A stretch of DNA of 64,000 nucleotides, from contig CAXHJY010000279.1 of the NCBI GenBank assembly GCA_964016885.1, positions 1 through 64,000 on the forward strand, written 5' to 3'. The notes beneath the pieces were generated by a model. The model was not told where the DNA came from. It was given only the letters and a program-made list of their open reading frames with translations, and searched no databases. Both the position numbers and the translations under genes were made by a program. This stretch comes from Eledone cirrhosa. Its lineage: Eukaryota. Shown here one piece after another: positions 52,500-64,000 of the stretch (the stretch's first letter is position 1; the number at the start of each line of letters is the position of its first letter).

Positions 52500-55040
52500 G
52501 GAGGGAAGCTAGGAGACAAGTGTACTTCGCAAGAAGAGAAGCAGAGGAAAGAAAGTTCAAGCATGTTCTACAACGTGAGAACCAAAAACGTGAGGTGTTC
52601 AGAATTGCTAGGCAATGTGTCAAGGAAAACCGTGATATTGTCGGGGAGAAGTGCGTACTTAATGATGATGGTGTACTTGCCATCACTGACGCTGATAAGA
52701 AGGTAGCTTGGAAGTGTCACTACGAAAGGCTTCTAAATGAGGAGAATAAATGGGAGAAAGACAGTCTCCCCCACATCGACCCAATAGAGGGACTGGCAGT
52801 GTTAGTCGAAGGTAGTATAATAAGTAAGGCAATCAAAGATATGAAGATGGGTAAGGCGGCTGGGCCTTCGGAAATAGTTGCTGAGATGCTGAAAGCCTCT
52901 GGAATGGTGGGACACACCATGGTCACCCGGATAGTAAACCAAGTCATACAGAATGGGGTTGTTCCGAAGGACTGGCATAGCAGCATCATCATTAACTGTT
53001 ACAAGGGTAAAGGAGATGCCCTAGATAGGAGTAACTATAGAGGCATTAAATTAATCGACCAGGTCATGAAGGTCACGGAAAAAGTTATAGCTCAACTAAT
53101 CAGAGAGAGAATTGATCTAGATGAAATGCAGTTCGGTTTTGTGTCAGGCAAAAGTACCACAGACGCTCTTTTCATTGTACGACAACTACAGGAGAAGTAC
53201 CTAGCTAAAAGTAAACCCCTATACTTAGCTTTTGTTGACTTGGAGAAAGCCTTCAACAGAGTCCCCCGTTCCATTATCTGGTGGGCTCTTAGAAAACTAG
53301 GTGTTGACGAATGGCTTGTGAGAGCTATACAAGCCATGTATAAAGAAACAGTCAGCAAGGTGAGAATTAACAACGAATATAGTGAAGAGTTTAGTGTAAA
53401 AGTTGGTGTACATCAGGGCTCTGTTCTTAGCCCCCTACTATTTATGGATTAGCAGTATCGGTAGAGGGTCGGACGCCATGCTTTCCAGCATAGTTACGTC
53501 CCTTTACGATCTGAGTTCAAATCCCGCCGAGGTTGACTTTGCCTTTCATCCTTACGGGGTCGATAAAATAAAGTACCAGTAATGCACTGGGTAATTGCTG
53601 GCCTTGTGCCTAAAGTAGAAACAACTATTTATTATTGCCCTTCAGGCTATAACAGTGGAGTTCAAGACCGGCTGCCCATGGGAACTCCTATACGCAGATG
53701 ATCTAACGCTCATAGCTGAATCAATGGCCGAGCTAGAGAAGAAATTCCAAACATGGAAGCATGGCCTAGAATCAAAAGGGCTTAAAATTAACCTGGCTAA
53801 GACTAAAGTTCTAGTTTGTAGGAAAGAAAATAAGGCGACGGTCCCTGCCGGGAAATGGCCATGCTCAGTGTGTAGGAAAGGCATAGGTAGAAACTCCATT
53901 TTATGTCCCAAATGCAAAGTATGGGTGCATAAAAGATGTAGTGGGATCACAGGTAAGCTAACTAAGAACATAGATTTTACATGTGGCCGGTGCTCTGGTG
54001 CAATAAGTAGTAGCAAGTGCCCACAAAATACTAGCTCTTTCAATTGCGCAGAGGGTTCTAAAGAAATAGTGGACAGTTTCCGTTACCTGGGAGATAAAAT
54101 CAGCAGTGGGGGGGGGGGGGGGGGGTGCTCTGAAAGTACAGTAGCTAGAGTCAGAACTGGTTGGAAAAAGTTCAGAGAGCTTATACCACTATTAGCTGCT
54201 AAAGGGTTCTCCCTAAAAATGAAAGGCAGGTTGTATGATGCCTGCATACGAACAGCAATGTTGCATGGCAGTGAGACCTGGGCATTGTGTGCAGAGGATA
54301 TACACAGACTAGAGAGGAACGAAGCTTGCGTGCTCCGCTGGATGTGTAATAGTAACATACGTGAACGGCAAAGCATAAGCGAACTAAGGAAAAAATTAGA
54401 AATAAGAGGGATCAGATGTTGTTTACTCGAGAGAAGGCTACGTTGGTATGGTCATGTGATGCGCATGAAAGACGACAGCTGTATAACAAAGTGCAGGGCA
54501 ATAAAGATAGACGGTAGCTACGGAGTAGGCAGACCCAGAAAAACCTGGGACGAGCTGATAAATTCCGACCTCACACACTTACACCTCTCCAAGACAATGT
54601 CACTGGACCGAGACCTTTGGCGGTACTCAGTAATAGAGAAGACCCGCCTTACCTAAATACAAAGTAAAACCTACTACAGTCAGTAGGCATCTCTAACAAA
54701 ATACACCCCCGTCCCACCACCCCGACCCCATCCACACCGCCCCTTTCAATGTAAAATTATGTTGGTGCCACAACATCCAGGCCGAAACAAATGAGATCGT
54801 GTAGGGGTCACGACAAAAAAACACACAGTCCACGCTGTAATGTGGCCGTGTAGGCAACACGGTAAAAACCTCCCAGTCCCACACTGTAAATGTGGTTGGT
54901 GTTAGGAAGGGCATCCAGCTGTAGAAAACCCGCCAGACAGTCCTATGCGAGCAAGACAACCACTCTTGCCTCAAGTGGGAAAACCCCCGTCCAAACCCAT
55001 GCAAGCCTGGAACATGGACGTTAAACGATGATGATGATGA
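52500..55040 (+). mobile_element. 5'-truncated RTE-clade LINE: RT with an internal PHD-like finger, probable 3' UTR and (GAT)n tail
   Basis: KAAGP, YKGKGD, NYRGIKL, QFGF, FVDLEKAF, GVHQGSVLSPLLF, LLYADD, FRYLG, RRLRWYGHV, GRPRKTW; ends in gacgttaaacgatgatgatgatga. Confidence 0.9.
53446..53623 (+). mobile_element. tRNA-derived SINE (family A) inserted in the RTE RT, 9-bp TSD ACTATTTAT
   Basis: TSD at 53437-53445 and 53624-53632; removal restores SPLLFIIALQAITVEFKTGCPWELLYADD in frame. Confidence 0.93.
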
Positions 55041-55042
55041 TA

Positions 55043-55080
<38 letters not shown>

Positions 55081-55081
<1 letters not shown>

Positions 55082-58036
55082 CTGACCCCCACCCTCCTCC
55101 GCCTTTACTCCACCTGCCACCCCCTCCTCGCCCAAGCCATCCTCTCCTTCATCCACAACCTCAACCACAACCTCTTCTCGTTCCTCAGCTCCACCAAAGC
55201 CCGCAAGCTACAGTCACTCCCCCCCCCCCCATCCACCACCACCCGCCCATCCCCATACGCCCACCACTCCCCACCTCTCCCCCGACCGCCACCCCCACCC
55301 AATCTCCACCCCTCACCACACCCTCCCTTCCCTCCCCTAACACCCAAACCCCACCCCTTGTTGTCACCATACCCCCTGACCTCCCCCTCTCCGCACCTGA
55401 GCGCTCACTCCTTAGTAGAGGCCTTCGCTTCATACCCCACACTCCGCTCAGCGACGAGTTCCGCACCCGAACGGAAGTCGAGCAATTCGTGCGACGCACT
55501 AAGCTACAGGCACATTTCGGTCAAACGCCACCGGCTCCGGACGCCCCAGACCCGTTTCTCGCCCTGGGCCGACGACCATCTTCTTGGACGCATGCCCCAG
55601 GGCAATTTAGCACCCTGGACGCCTTCGTCGATGCCAGCCGTAGCGCAGTAAATCGTTTCGACTTCCGCCACCGTTCCAAACGGTACAATATCTCACGGGG
55701 CGAACTCCTCGCTCTCCGCTCCCTCCGTAGCCGAGATGACATCGTCATCAAACCGGCGGACAAGGGAGGCGCCGTGGTGGTATGGCGCGCGGACCTCTAC
55801 AAGGCCGAAGCCCTCAGGCAGCTCTGTAACCCCCTCTTTTACCGCCCTCTACCCTCCGATCCCACCCCCCTCTACCAACAACAAGTCTCCTCCACCATCA
55901 AAGACCTTATCGCCTCCTCCCTCCTCCCCCCCCACAGCTTCCCACCTCATCGTCCGCACACCCCGCACCCCCACCATCTACTTCCTCCCCAAACTCCACA
56001 AACCCGACAACCCCGGCCGTCCCATCGTCTCCGCTTGCAACTGCCCCACCGAACTCATCTCCGCCTTTCTCGACTCCCTCCTCGCCCCCCTTGTCACCAC
56101 CCTCCCCTCCCACATCTCTGACACCAACCACGCCCTGCGCCTTTTCGACTCCTTCACCTACCTACCCGGCCCTCAGCCATTCCTCTTCACCCTAGACATC
56201 AAGTCCCTCTATACCATCATCCCCCACGCCGACGGCCTTCGCGCCCTCAAACACTACCTCGACCTTCGCCCCTCCCCCATTCCCTCCACCCCCACCCTCC
56301 TTCGCCTCGCCGAGCTGGTCCTCACCCTAAATTGTTTCTCCTTCTCGGGTGAGTTTTACCAACAGGTCACGGGGGTAGCCATGGGCACAAGAATGGGCCC
56401 GAACTATGCCAACCTTTTTGTTGGCCATGTTGAGGCCCAAATCTTTGCCCAGTACACCGGCCCCACGCCCGAACTGTACGGTCGTTACATTGACGACTGT
56501 ATCGGAGCCACGACCCTCACCCGAGTACAGCTCGACTCCTTTCTCTCCTTCTTCTGCTCCTTCCACCCCTCCCTCCACTTCACCACCTCTATCTCCACCA
56601 CCCACGTCCACTTCTTGGACATCTCCGTCGCCTTCGACCCCTCCCACCACTCCCTCGTCACCTCCGCCTTCTTCAAACCCACCGACTCCCACTCTTACCT
56701 CGACTTCACCTCTTCCCACCCCACCCACACTAAACTCTCCATTCCTTACTCCCAACTTCTCAGGATCCGCCGCCTCTGTAGCCGAGATGCTGACTTTGAG
56801 TCCCAGGCCCTTTCCCTAGTCAGCCATTTCATCCGCAGAGGTTACCCCCCCTCTCTCGTCCACACCGCTCTCACCCGCGCCCGTGCTATCCCCCGCTCTA
56901 CCACCCTCACCCCACGCCACTGCACACCCACCCACCGTCTCCCCTTCCCCATCACCTACCACCCCTCCACCTTACCCCTCCACCGCACCATCCGCCGCCT
57001 CTTCCGACACCTCCAGTCCGACCCCTCCACCTCCCACATCTTCCCAACCCCACCACTCCCCTCCTTCATACGCGCACGCAATCTCCGCACCCTCCTCGTC
57101 CACAGCTCCCTACCCCCCAACCCACGCTTCGGTCCCCCCCCCCGGTTCCTTCCCCTGTTCTAGGCCCCGCTGCAACACCTGTCCCCACATCACCAACACT
57201 ACCACCTTCCAGGGTCCCAACGGCCACCCTCTCTCGGTCCGGCATGCCTTCCGCTGCACCTCCTCCAACCTAGTCTACGGACTTCGTTGCACGAGGTGCA
57301 GCGCGACTTATGTCGGACAGACGGGACGCCGCCTGGCGGACCGAGTCACGGAGCACCTCCGGGACATTCGTCTCGGGGGCAGTTCCCCCATCGCCCGCCA
57401 CTTTGGTGGCCCTGGACACTCCGCACACCATCTCACAGTCTGTGGCCTACTCCAGTGCCACGGAACACCCGCCCATCGCCTCACGGTCGAACAACGTACT
57501 ATCTTCATCTTACAGACCCACACACCCCCCGGCCTGAACTCCCCACCCTTATTCCTTTAGCGTTCGACCGCCCCCCTCCCCCACTTATCCCCCACTAACA
57601 CCACTAACACACCCCTCCTTTTCACCGCCCACCCCACACTAACAATACTAACACCCCCACTCCACCCCTCATCTAACCACCCTTCCCCAACTAACATACT
57701 AACATCCCTTCCCTCCCCTCTTCTCCTCCTCCCCCCTCCTTATCACATGCACACACTTACACCACCCACCCCACACGCAACTAACATCACTAACACCCTC
57801 CAACCCCACGCACACGTACCCACACACCCTCGTACACCACCAACTCTACACACCCTACCCCCACTAACCCCCACTCACACCTGCATTCCACCCCTCCCCA
57901 CCTCCCGTCTACTAACACCCACTAACACCTCCTCACCAAACTACACACACACCAGTACACCACACTCCCTCCATAGAACCACACACACCCTTCTCTCCCC
58001 ACTCCACACTCACTCATCCCACTAACACCCCTACTA

Positions 58037-58073
<37 letters not shown>

Positions 58074-59022
58074 CCTCACTCCAACTCTCACACCTACCCA
58101 TCCTCGCCTCCCTACCATTCCGCTGACTGCTGCTATGCCCTTCCGACCACTGTCTCAGCACCCACTGACCACAGCACTCCCACTGCTGACCACTTCCTGT
58201 TGCGCGCGCACCCCACATCTCTCCTCTTCCGACCACCGCTTCTTGGATTACCCACACGCGTTTTGACTTCCAACCAAAATCTCCATACATCCGTGTAACT
58301 TACCACTTTCAACCATCCTCTAACACCATCACCTATATAACTCACCCACACACGCATCCCAAAACAAATTTTTTTATCCACACGCCACCCACACCCACAA
58401 CACGCTTAAACCACACACACGTGCTTCCCACCACATATTTACACCCTCAGCCCCCTGATTCCTCTCCCCCCACCCCCTATTCACACACGCACAGACCCTC
58501 CGACACACAAAAACACCCCCCACACACACCTTCCTGAACATGCAACCCCGTTCTTCCCCCAACCCTCACTTTCACATACACACACACACACACACACGCA
58601 CACCTAACCACACACACCACCTTCAGCCCTCCCCGCTCGGACACCCCGTCTCCCTCTACCCACTCCACCCGCCTCCACCTCTACTCACCCCACACCCTTC
58701 CACCACCTGTTTACCCCCCTTTTAATTTCAGTTTATTTTGATCATGCCTTTATTTTTAAATGTTCTCATTCCTTGTATTTTGATCATGCTTTATTTTTAT
58801 TTATTATTTATTATATTTTTGTCTTTATTTGTTAATTTTTCATTCGCACCGTTTCCTTTCGCTATATGTCTCTCCACCACTCCCCTACACACCTTTTGAA
58901 CTCTTACCTGAAGAAGGGCTTATGCCCGAAACGTCGTCCTCCACCTACCCCCCACTCTCCTGAGCGTGAATCTAATAAACATTTGTCGTACTGCCTCTCT
59001 GTTCTGTCCCTGTTCAATTTTT

Positions 59023-59025
<3 letters not shown>
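55081..59025 (+). mobile_element. Penelope-like element (RT + GIY-YIG endonuclease), C-rich, flanked by (TA)n
   Basis: LSRGLRF, IKPADKGGAVV, LPKLHK..PGRPIVS, LDIKSLYT, GVAMG, RYIDD, FLD, then NLVYGLRCTRC..YVGQTGR..R..EH; stop at 57560; frameshifts in C-runs; hammerhead core near the 3' end. Confidence 0.93.
58905..58938 (+). ncRNA. Minimal type I hammerhead ribozyme motif at the Penelope 3' end
   Basis: CTGAAGA-agggc-ttat-gccc-GAAAC-GTC; stem I is weak. Confidence 0.7.
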
Positions 59026-59072
<47 letters not shown>

Positions 59073-59126
59073 ATGTATGTATGTATGTATGTATGTATGT
59101 ATGTATGTATGTATGTATGTATATAT

Positions 59127-59461
59127 GGAGGCACATCGCTTAGTGGTTAGAGCATTGGCCTTGCAATCGAAAGGTTGTGAGTTCAATTCTCAGACCGGGT
59201 CACGTGTTGTTTCCTTGAGCAAGACACTTTATTTCACAGTGCTCCAGTTTACTCAGCTGTAGAAATGAGATGATAGGGACTGGGGTCCATATCATTCCAC
59301 TGCAAAGTGGACGTGTAGGTGCCATGGAAGGAAAGCACCCAGCACTCACTGTAAATGAGGTTGGTGTTAGGAAGGGCATCCAGCTGTAGAAATCAAGCCA
59401 GAATCAGTTCCCGTCCCACCCTTGCAAGCAGGGAAAAGCGGACATAAAATGATGATGATGA
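59127..59461 (+). mobile_element. SINE family B full copy
   Basis: Near-identical to 62698-63042. Confidence 0.85.
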
Positions 59462-59833
59462 TATATATATTGTCATATTTTCCTGAGTCAGTTTTCTAGT
59501 TGTTGGTCCCTGCGGTTGGCTTACCGGTCGCTGTCTTCAATTTGCAAAGCTGTCTAAACGTAATATATATATATATATAAGTCTCTATCTATTTATCTCT
59601 GTCTCTCACTCTCTCTCTCTATCTCACTATCTCTCTTTCTCTATCTTACACTCTATCTCTCTCTGTCTGTGTCACTCTCACTCTTCTATCTCACTCAATC
59701 TCTCACTCTCTAACTTTCTCCCTTCTATGTTTTTGTCTCTCTCTCTCTCTGTCTATTACTCCCTCTTTCTCTCTCTCGACACACACACAGACACATATCA
59801 TTAATTAATTAAATGGTTTTTTTTCCTAATTAG

Positions 59834-59938
59834 GAGACCACAATTACTGCCGTAACCCCGGCAACACTGACCACGCCCCCTGGTGTTCACCTTAAACAGT
59901 CAGATTAAGATGGAAAGATGTGACATTCCTCGATTGTG
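59834..59938 (+). CDS. Ror: ROR exon: canonical kringle second half ([18 protein letters not shown][[14 protein letters not shown]]xDC), with compensating indels in this sequence
   Basis: AG/GTAAGA boundaries, 105 nt, phase 1-1; NYCRNP...PWC; as written it has TAA at 59893-59895 and the middle segment is kringle-like only in a shifted frame. Confidence 0.8.
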
Positions 59939-60081
59939 GTAAGAAAACAACTACAAATATATATAGATGGTATATTTACATATATACACACACACTTATA
60001 TATATATATATATATATGTATGTGTATATATATAATATATATATGTATATGTATGTATATATGTATATGTATGTGTATAGG

Positions 60082-60123
<42 letters not shown>

Positions 60124-60266
60124 AATGTATGTAGATGTTTGTGTATCTGTGTCTGTGTGTGTGTGTATATATATATATGTTTGTGTATCTATGTATGTGT
60201 GTGTGTGTATATATATATGTGTGTGTAAATATATTATATATATATATATATATATATAGGTATGTA

Positions 60267-60305
<39 letters not shown>

Positions 60306-60879
60306 GTATATGAATGTACACTTATATGTATATATATATGTATATATTGTATATATATATATATATATACATTGTATATATATATATATATACATACATA
60401 TATATGTATATGAGTGTGTCTGTGTATAAATCTGTGTATGTGTGTGTAAATATATTACAAATTACACAAATCTTTTTTAAGTTAGTGTGTGTGCATATGC
60501 ATGTACATGCATGTGTATGTATGTGTGATATTGGTATGTATATGTGTGTAACTGGTTATTATATTATCAATGCACTTGTTTGTTTTTCTGGGTTTATTGT
60601 TTTGTTTTTTTAATGTTTTCTGAGTTTGCAAAGTTCCTACTAAAACTATAAACAGAACACAACAAAACACTCTTTGATTCCAAATAGAAAAATTCATTGG
60701 TAGTGGTCATTTGTCAGCACAGAAACTCAGTCCAAGAATTTATAGTAGCAGATTCTATTTTGGGTGCTTTTATAGTGTCATAAGGGAACGAAATGGCAGA
60801 GTCTTAAAAATGTCCTATAGAATGCTTTGTTTTGGCTCCCTGCTCACTGAATTCAAATCCATATGTATGTGTGAGTGTG

Positions 60880-61200
60880 TCATCATCATCATCGTTTAAC
60901 GTCCATCTTCCACGCTTGCATGGGTTTGGACGGGAGGTTTCCCACTTGAGGCAAGATTTGTTGTCCTGCTCGTATAGGACTGTCTGGCTGGTTTTCTACG
61001 GCTGGGTGCCCTTCCTAACACCAACCACGTTTACAGTGTGGAACTGAAAGGTTTTTACCGTGTTACCTACACGGCCACATTACAGCGTGGACTGTGTGTT
61101 TTTTTGTCGTGACACCTACACGACCTCATTTATTTCGGACTGGATGTTGTGGTACCAACATAACTTCACATTTAAGGGGGGGGGGGGGGTATTTTGTTAG
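60880..61200 (-). mobile_element. Copy of the RTE-associated 3' segment (matches 54693-55040)
   Basis: Reverse-complement similarity from ctaacaaaatac to the (gat)n tail; shorter copies near 26160 and 44485. Confidence 0.8.
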
Positions 61201-61463
61201 TATATATATATAGAGAGATAGATATCATATTAATTCATCAAAACTGCTGGAAGTTGAGATCTGACAAGCATATTTTAATGTTTGTGACCTGTTCGCTTTC
61301 ATACATTCTTTTTCCTCCTTCCTATCTTCTCTTCTTTCCTTCGAGTCAACTCACATCTAACCACTGATCTGTCCTTGGAGGTAATATTTTACCCAACACC
61401 ACTCCAACGGCATTTTGCTGTTCTAACAGCTTCCATACGCCGAGTTTCCCCATTTTCCTGAGA

Positions 61464-61494
<31 letters not shown>

Positions 61495-62030
61495 ATAATT
61501 GTTTCTACTTTTGGTACAAGGCCAGCAATTACCCAGTGTATTACTGGTACTTTATTTTATCGACCCCCTAAGGATGAAAGGCAAAGTTAACCTCGGCGGG
61601 ATTTGAACTCAGAATGGCAAGGGCCGTAACTCTATGCGTCAAAGCATGGCGTCCGACCCTCTACCGATACTGCCAATCCACCGCCCTTATATATGTAATA
61701 ATAATAATAAATATATATGTCATAATAATAATAAATGTGAAGACTAAAATCCAAAGAGGGCTCGATAAGGATAAATATATATCAAATATATAAGAACCCT
61801 AGAGTTTCAGAAGATCCCGTTAAAGGTGAAAGCAGCGATTCTTTGCTTAAACTTATATAAACTTATTTTAATAAATATATATATATATATATGTATGTAG
61901 ATAAATCTACCAAAAGTTTACGGTAGTGTCCAATCCGTATGAAGAACTCAATGTAATCCGGATATCATGAAAAGAGAAGATGCATTCAAAAACTACTTTC
62001 GGTGAAAAATAAACGGAAAACAGAGTCAAG

Positions 62031-62437
62031 ATAAATTATTAAAAAAATAATGAATAAACAAAGAAACAGTTCCTTATATTAAACAAAAAAAGTTCATTAT
62101 TTTACGATCGTTTCTAGGATATATATGTGTTAGAATTGGTATGCATATTCTATAGATCTATGTACAATATTTATACAAACTATCAGAGGGAATATACATA
62201 CCTTCACATATATATGCTGTCTTCAGAAATAAGGATTATTTCTGAAGACAGCATATATATGTGAAGGTATGTATATTCCCTCTGATAGTTTGTATAAATA
62301 TTGTACATAGATCTATAGAATATGCATACCAATTCTAACACATATATATCCTAGAAACGGTTTTAAAATAATGAACTTTTTTTGTTTAATATAAGGAACT
62401 GTTTCTTTGTTTATTCATTATTTTTTTAATAATTTAT
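62031..62437. repeat. About 200-bp near-perfect palindrome (3-nt loop) made of two back-to-back hammerheads with a very long stem II
   Basis: Centre cttcagaaataa-gga-ttatttctgaag; the - strand copy reads ttattt-CTGAAGA-(about 105 nt)-GAAA-cgatcg-TA-aaataa. Confidence 0.9.
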
Positions 62438-62446
62438 ATATATATA

Positions 62447-62487
<41 letters not shown>

Positions 62488-62697
62488 TCGATGGTGTGCG
62501 TACAGTAATTATGCATTACACTTAAGTTAATTGCATAACAATTTTGATTTTGCAGGCACAGTTATGTAACTGCACTGAAACATCTGTTAGATCTACTTCA
62601 TCAATAAATTCTTCTTCCAACCTTCAGCAAGTCTTGCCTAATTTTTCCTGATTCCCACTCTATATTATATATATTATACATATATGTATATATATAT

Positions 62698-63042
62698 GGA
62701 GGCACATGGCTTAGTGGTTAGAGCATTGGCCTTGCAATCGAAAGGTTGTGAGTTCAATTCTCAGACCGGGTGATGTGTTGTTTCCTTGAGCAAGACACTT
62801 TATTTCACATTGCTCCAGTTTACTCAGCTGTAGAAATGAGATGATAAGGACTGGGGTCCCTATCATTCCACTGTAAAGTGGTCGTGGAGGTGCCATGGCA
62901 AAAAAGCACCCAGCACTCACTGTAAATGAGGTTGGTGTTAGGAAGGGCATCCAGCTGTAGAAATCAAGCCAGAATCAGTTCCCGTCTCACCCTTGAAAGC
63001 AGGGGAAAAGCGGACGTAAAATGAGATGATGATGATGATGAT
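62698..63042 (+). mobile_element. tRNA-derived SINE family B with an RTE-like 3' tail
   Basis: tggcttagtggttagagc (A-box), gtgagttcaattc (B-box), ccttgagcaagacacttta, tail ggacgtaaaatga(gat)n. Other copies near 4252, 9405, 11310(-), 23990(-), 25500(-), 44217, 47195(-) and 59127. Confidence 0.85.
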
Positions 63043-63045
63043 ATA

Positions 63046-63640
63046 GGGTGGGTAAGATTCTGGAGATCCATGGACGAGTTCTCTCCAGCAGTGACTGTCC
63101 TTCATCATTTCCGCTATGTCCCGTGTCTCCCAGAGACCAGTGCCTGTACTTAGGGCATCAATATATGTCAACCTCGATCTCCCTCTTCCGTGTAGGGCCT
63201 CCCACATGACCACTGAGTGCGGTGTCAACTCCGAATGTCAGTGAGCATATCCCGCTAACCTCAGTCTCCTCTGTGTCACTTTTGAGCTGTCTTTTGAGAG
63301 GCTCCCATACAGCTCTGAGTACTTCATCCTCACTGTATACTGATTAATGTTCAGAGCCATCCTCAGCATCCTTATGTAGCACCCATCCATCATCTGAGTG
63401 AGTCTCTTGGTCAGTGTCCGAGTCTCAGACTCATAAGGCAGCACAGACTCTACTGCAGCGATGAAGAGACGGATTTTCAAGTCTTTACAAAGGTCCAACA
63501 TCAACACAGACCTCAAACTGCGACATGCCACCCAAAATTTGCTCTTCCTCTCAACCATATCATCTTCCGTATTCCCAATCTTTGCTTCCAGATACAGGAT
63601 GTCCTCAACTAGTTCTAGCAGCTTCCTGACTACATTCATA
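63046..63640 (-). mobile_element. RTE-type LINE 3' fragment, decayed (related pieces at 4090-4235 and 4510-4735, +)
   Basis: LKIRLFIAAVESVL.Y.SET.TLTK.L...DGCY.RMLRMALNI...QRRLRLAG...WE..HGRGR.RLTY. Confidence 0.8.
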
Positions 63641-63644
63641 CTCC

Positions 63645-63700
<56 letters not shown>

Positions 63701-64000
63701 ATAATAAATGTGAAGACTAAAATCCGAAGAGGGCTCGATAAGGATCATATATATGTATGTATGTGTGTATGTAAAAGGTAAAGAGAAATAACAACACAAT
63801 CGGTACAGTATATGGAAGGAATATATTAGGTTAATGCTTGAAATACCAGGAAGAGGGTCTTAATGTTTTGGACGCTAGTCCTTCATCAGAAGAAAGAATT
63901 AGAAATAAGATAGATTGAAGGGACATGTGGGGTGGAATTGGAAAAAATGTCTTTAAATAAAAATAACTGGTCCATTCATGTTGACATCTATATATATATA

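Overview
AT-rich, microsatellite-saturated animal DNA; the SINE families and repeat landscape suggest an octopod cephalopod (inference). The window holds the extracellular-domain exons of one + strand, large-intron ROR-family receptor gene. I spliced 11 confident GT-AG exons plus one candidate, all phase-consistent. They give an unusual order, Kringle-Ig-linker-Frizzled CRD-Kringle, i.e. an extra N-terminal kringle. The last kringle exon carries compensating -1/+1 indels with a stop. The TM and kinase exons are not in the window. The introns contain a near full-length Tx1-like LINE inserted in a 72-bp satellite, a 5'-truncated RTE LINE with a PHD finger and a SINE insertion, a C-rich Penelope-like element (RT + GIY-YIG), an AT-rich Penelope remnant, hAT/Tigger/Helitron-like non-autonomous elements, many tRNA-derived SINEs and several satellites. 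The most striking non-coding signal is about 20 type I hammerhead-ribozyme motifs from several families, mostly in or near (TA)n tracts. They occur in fold-back palindromes, in a 168-bp tandem and as structural variants. Nearly all long ORFs in the supplied track are microsatellite artefacts. All coordinates were read by eye and repeat boundaries are approximate.
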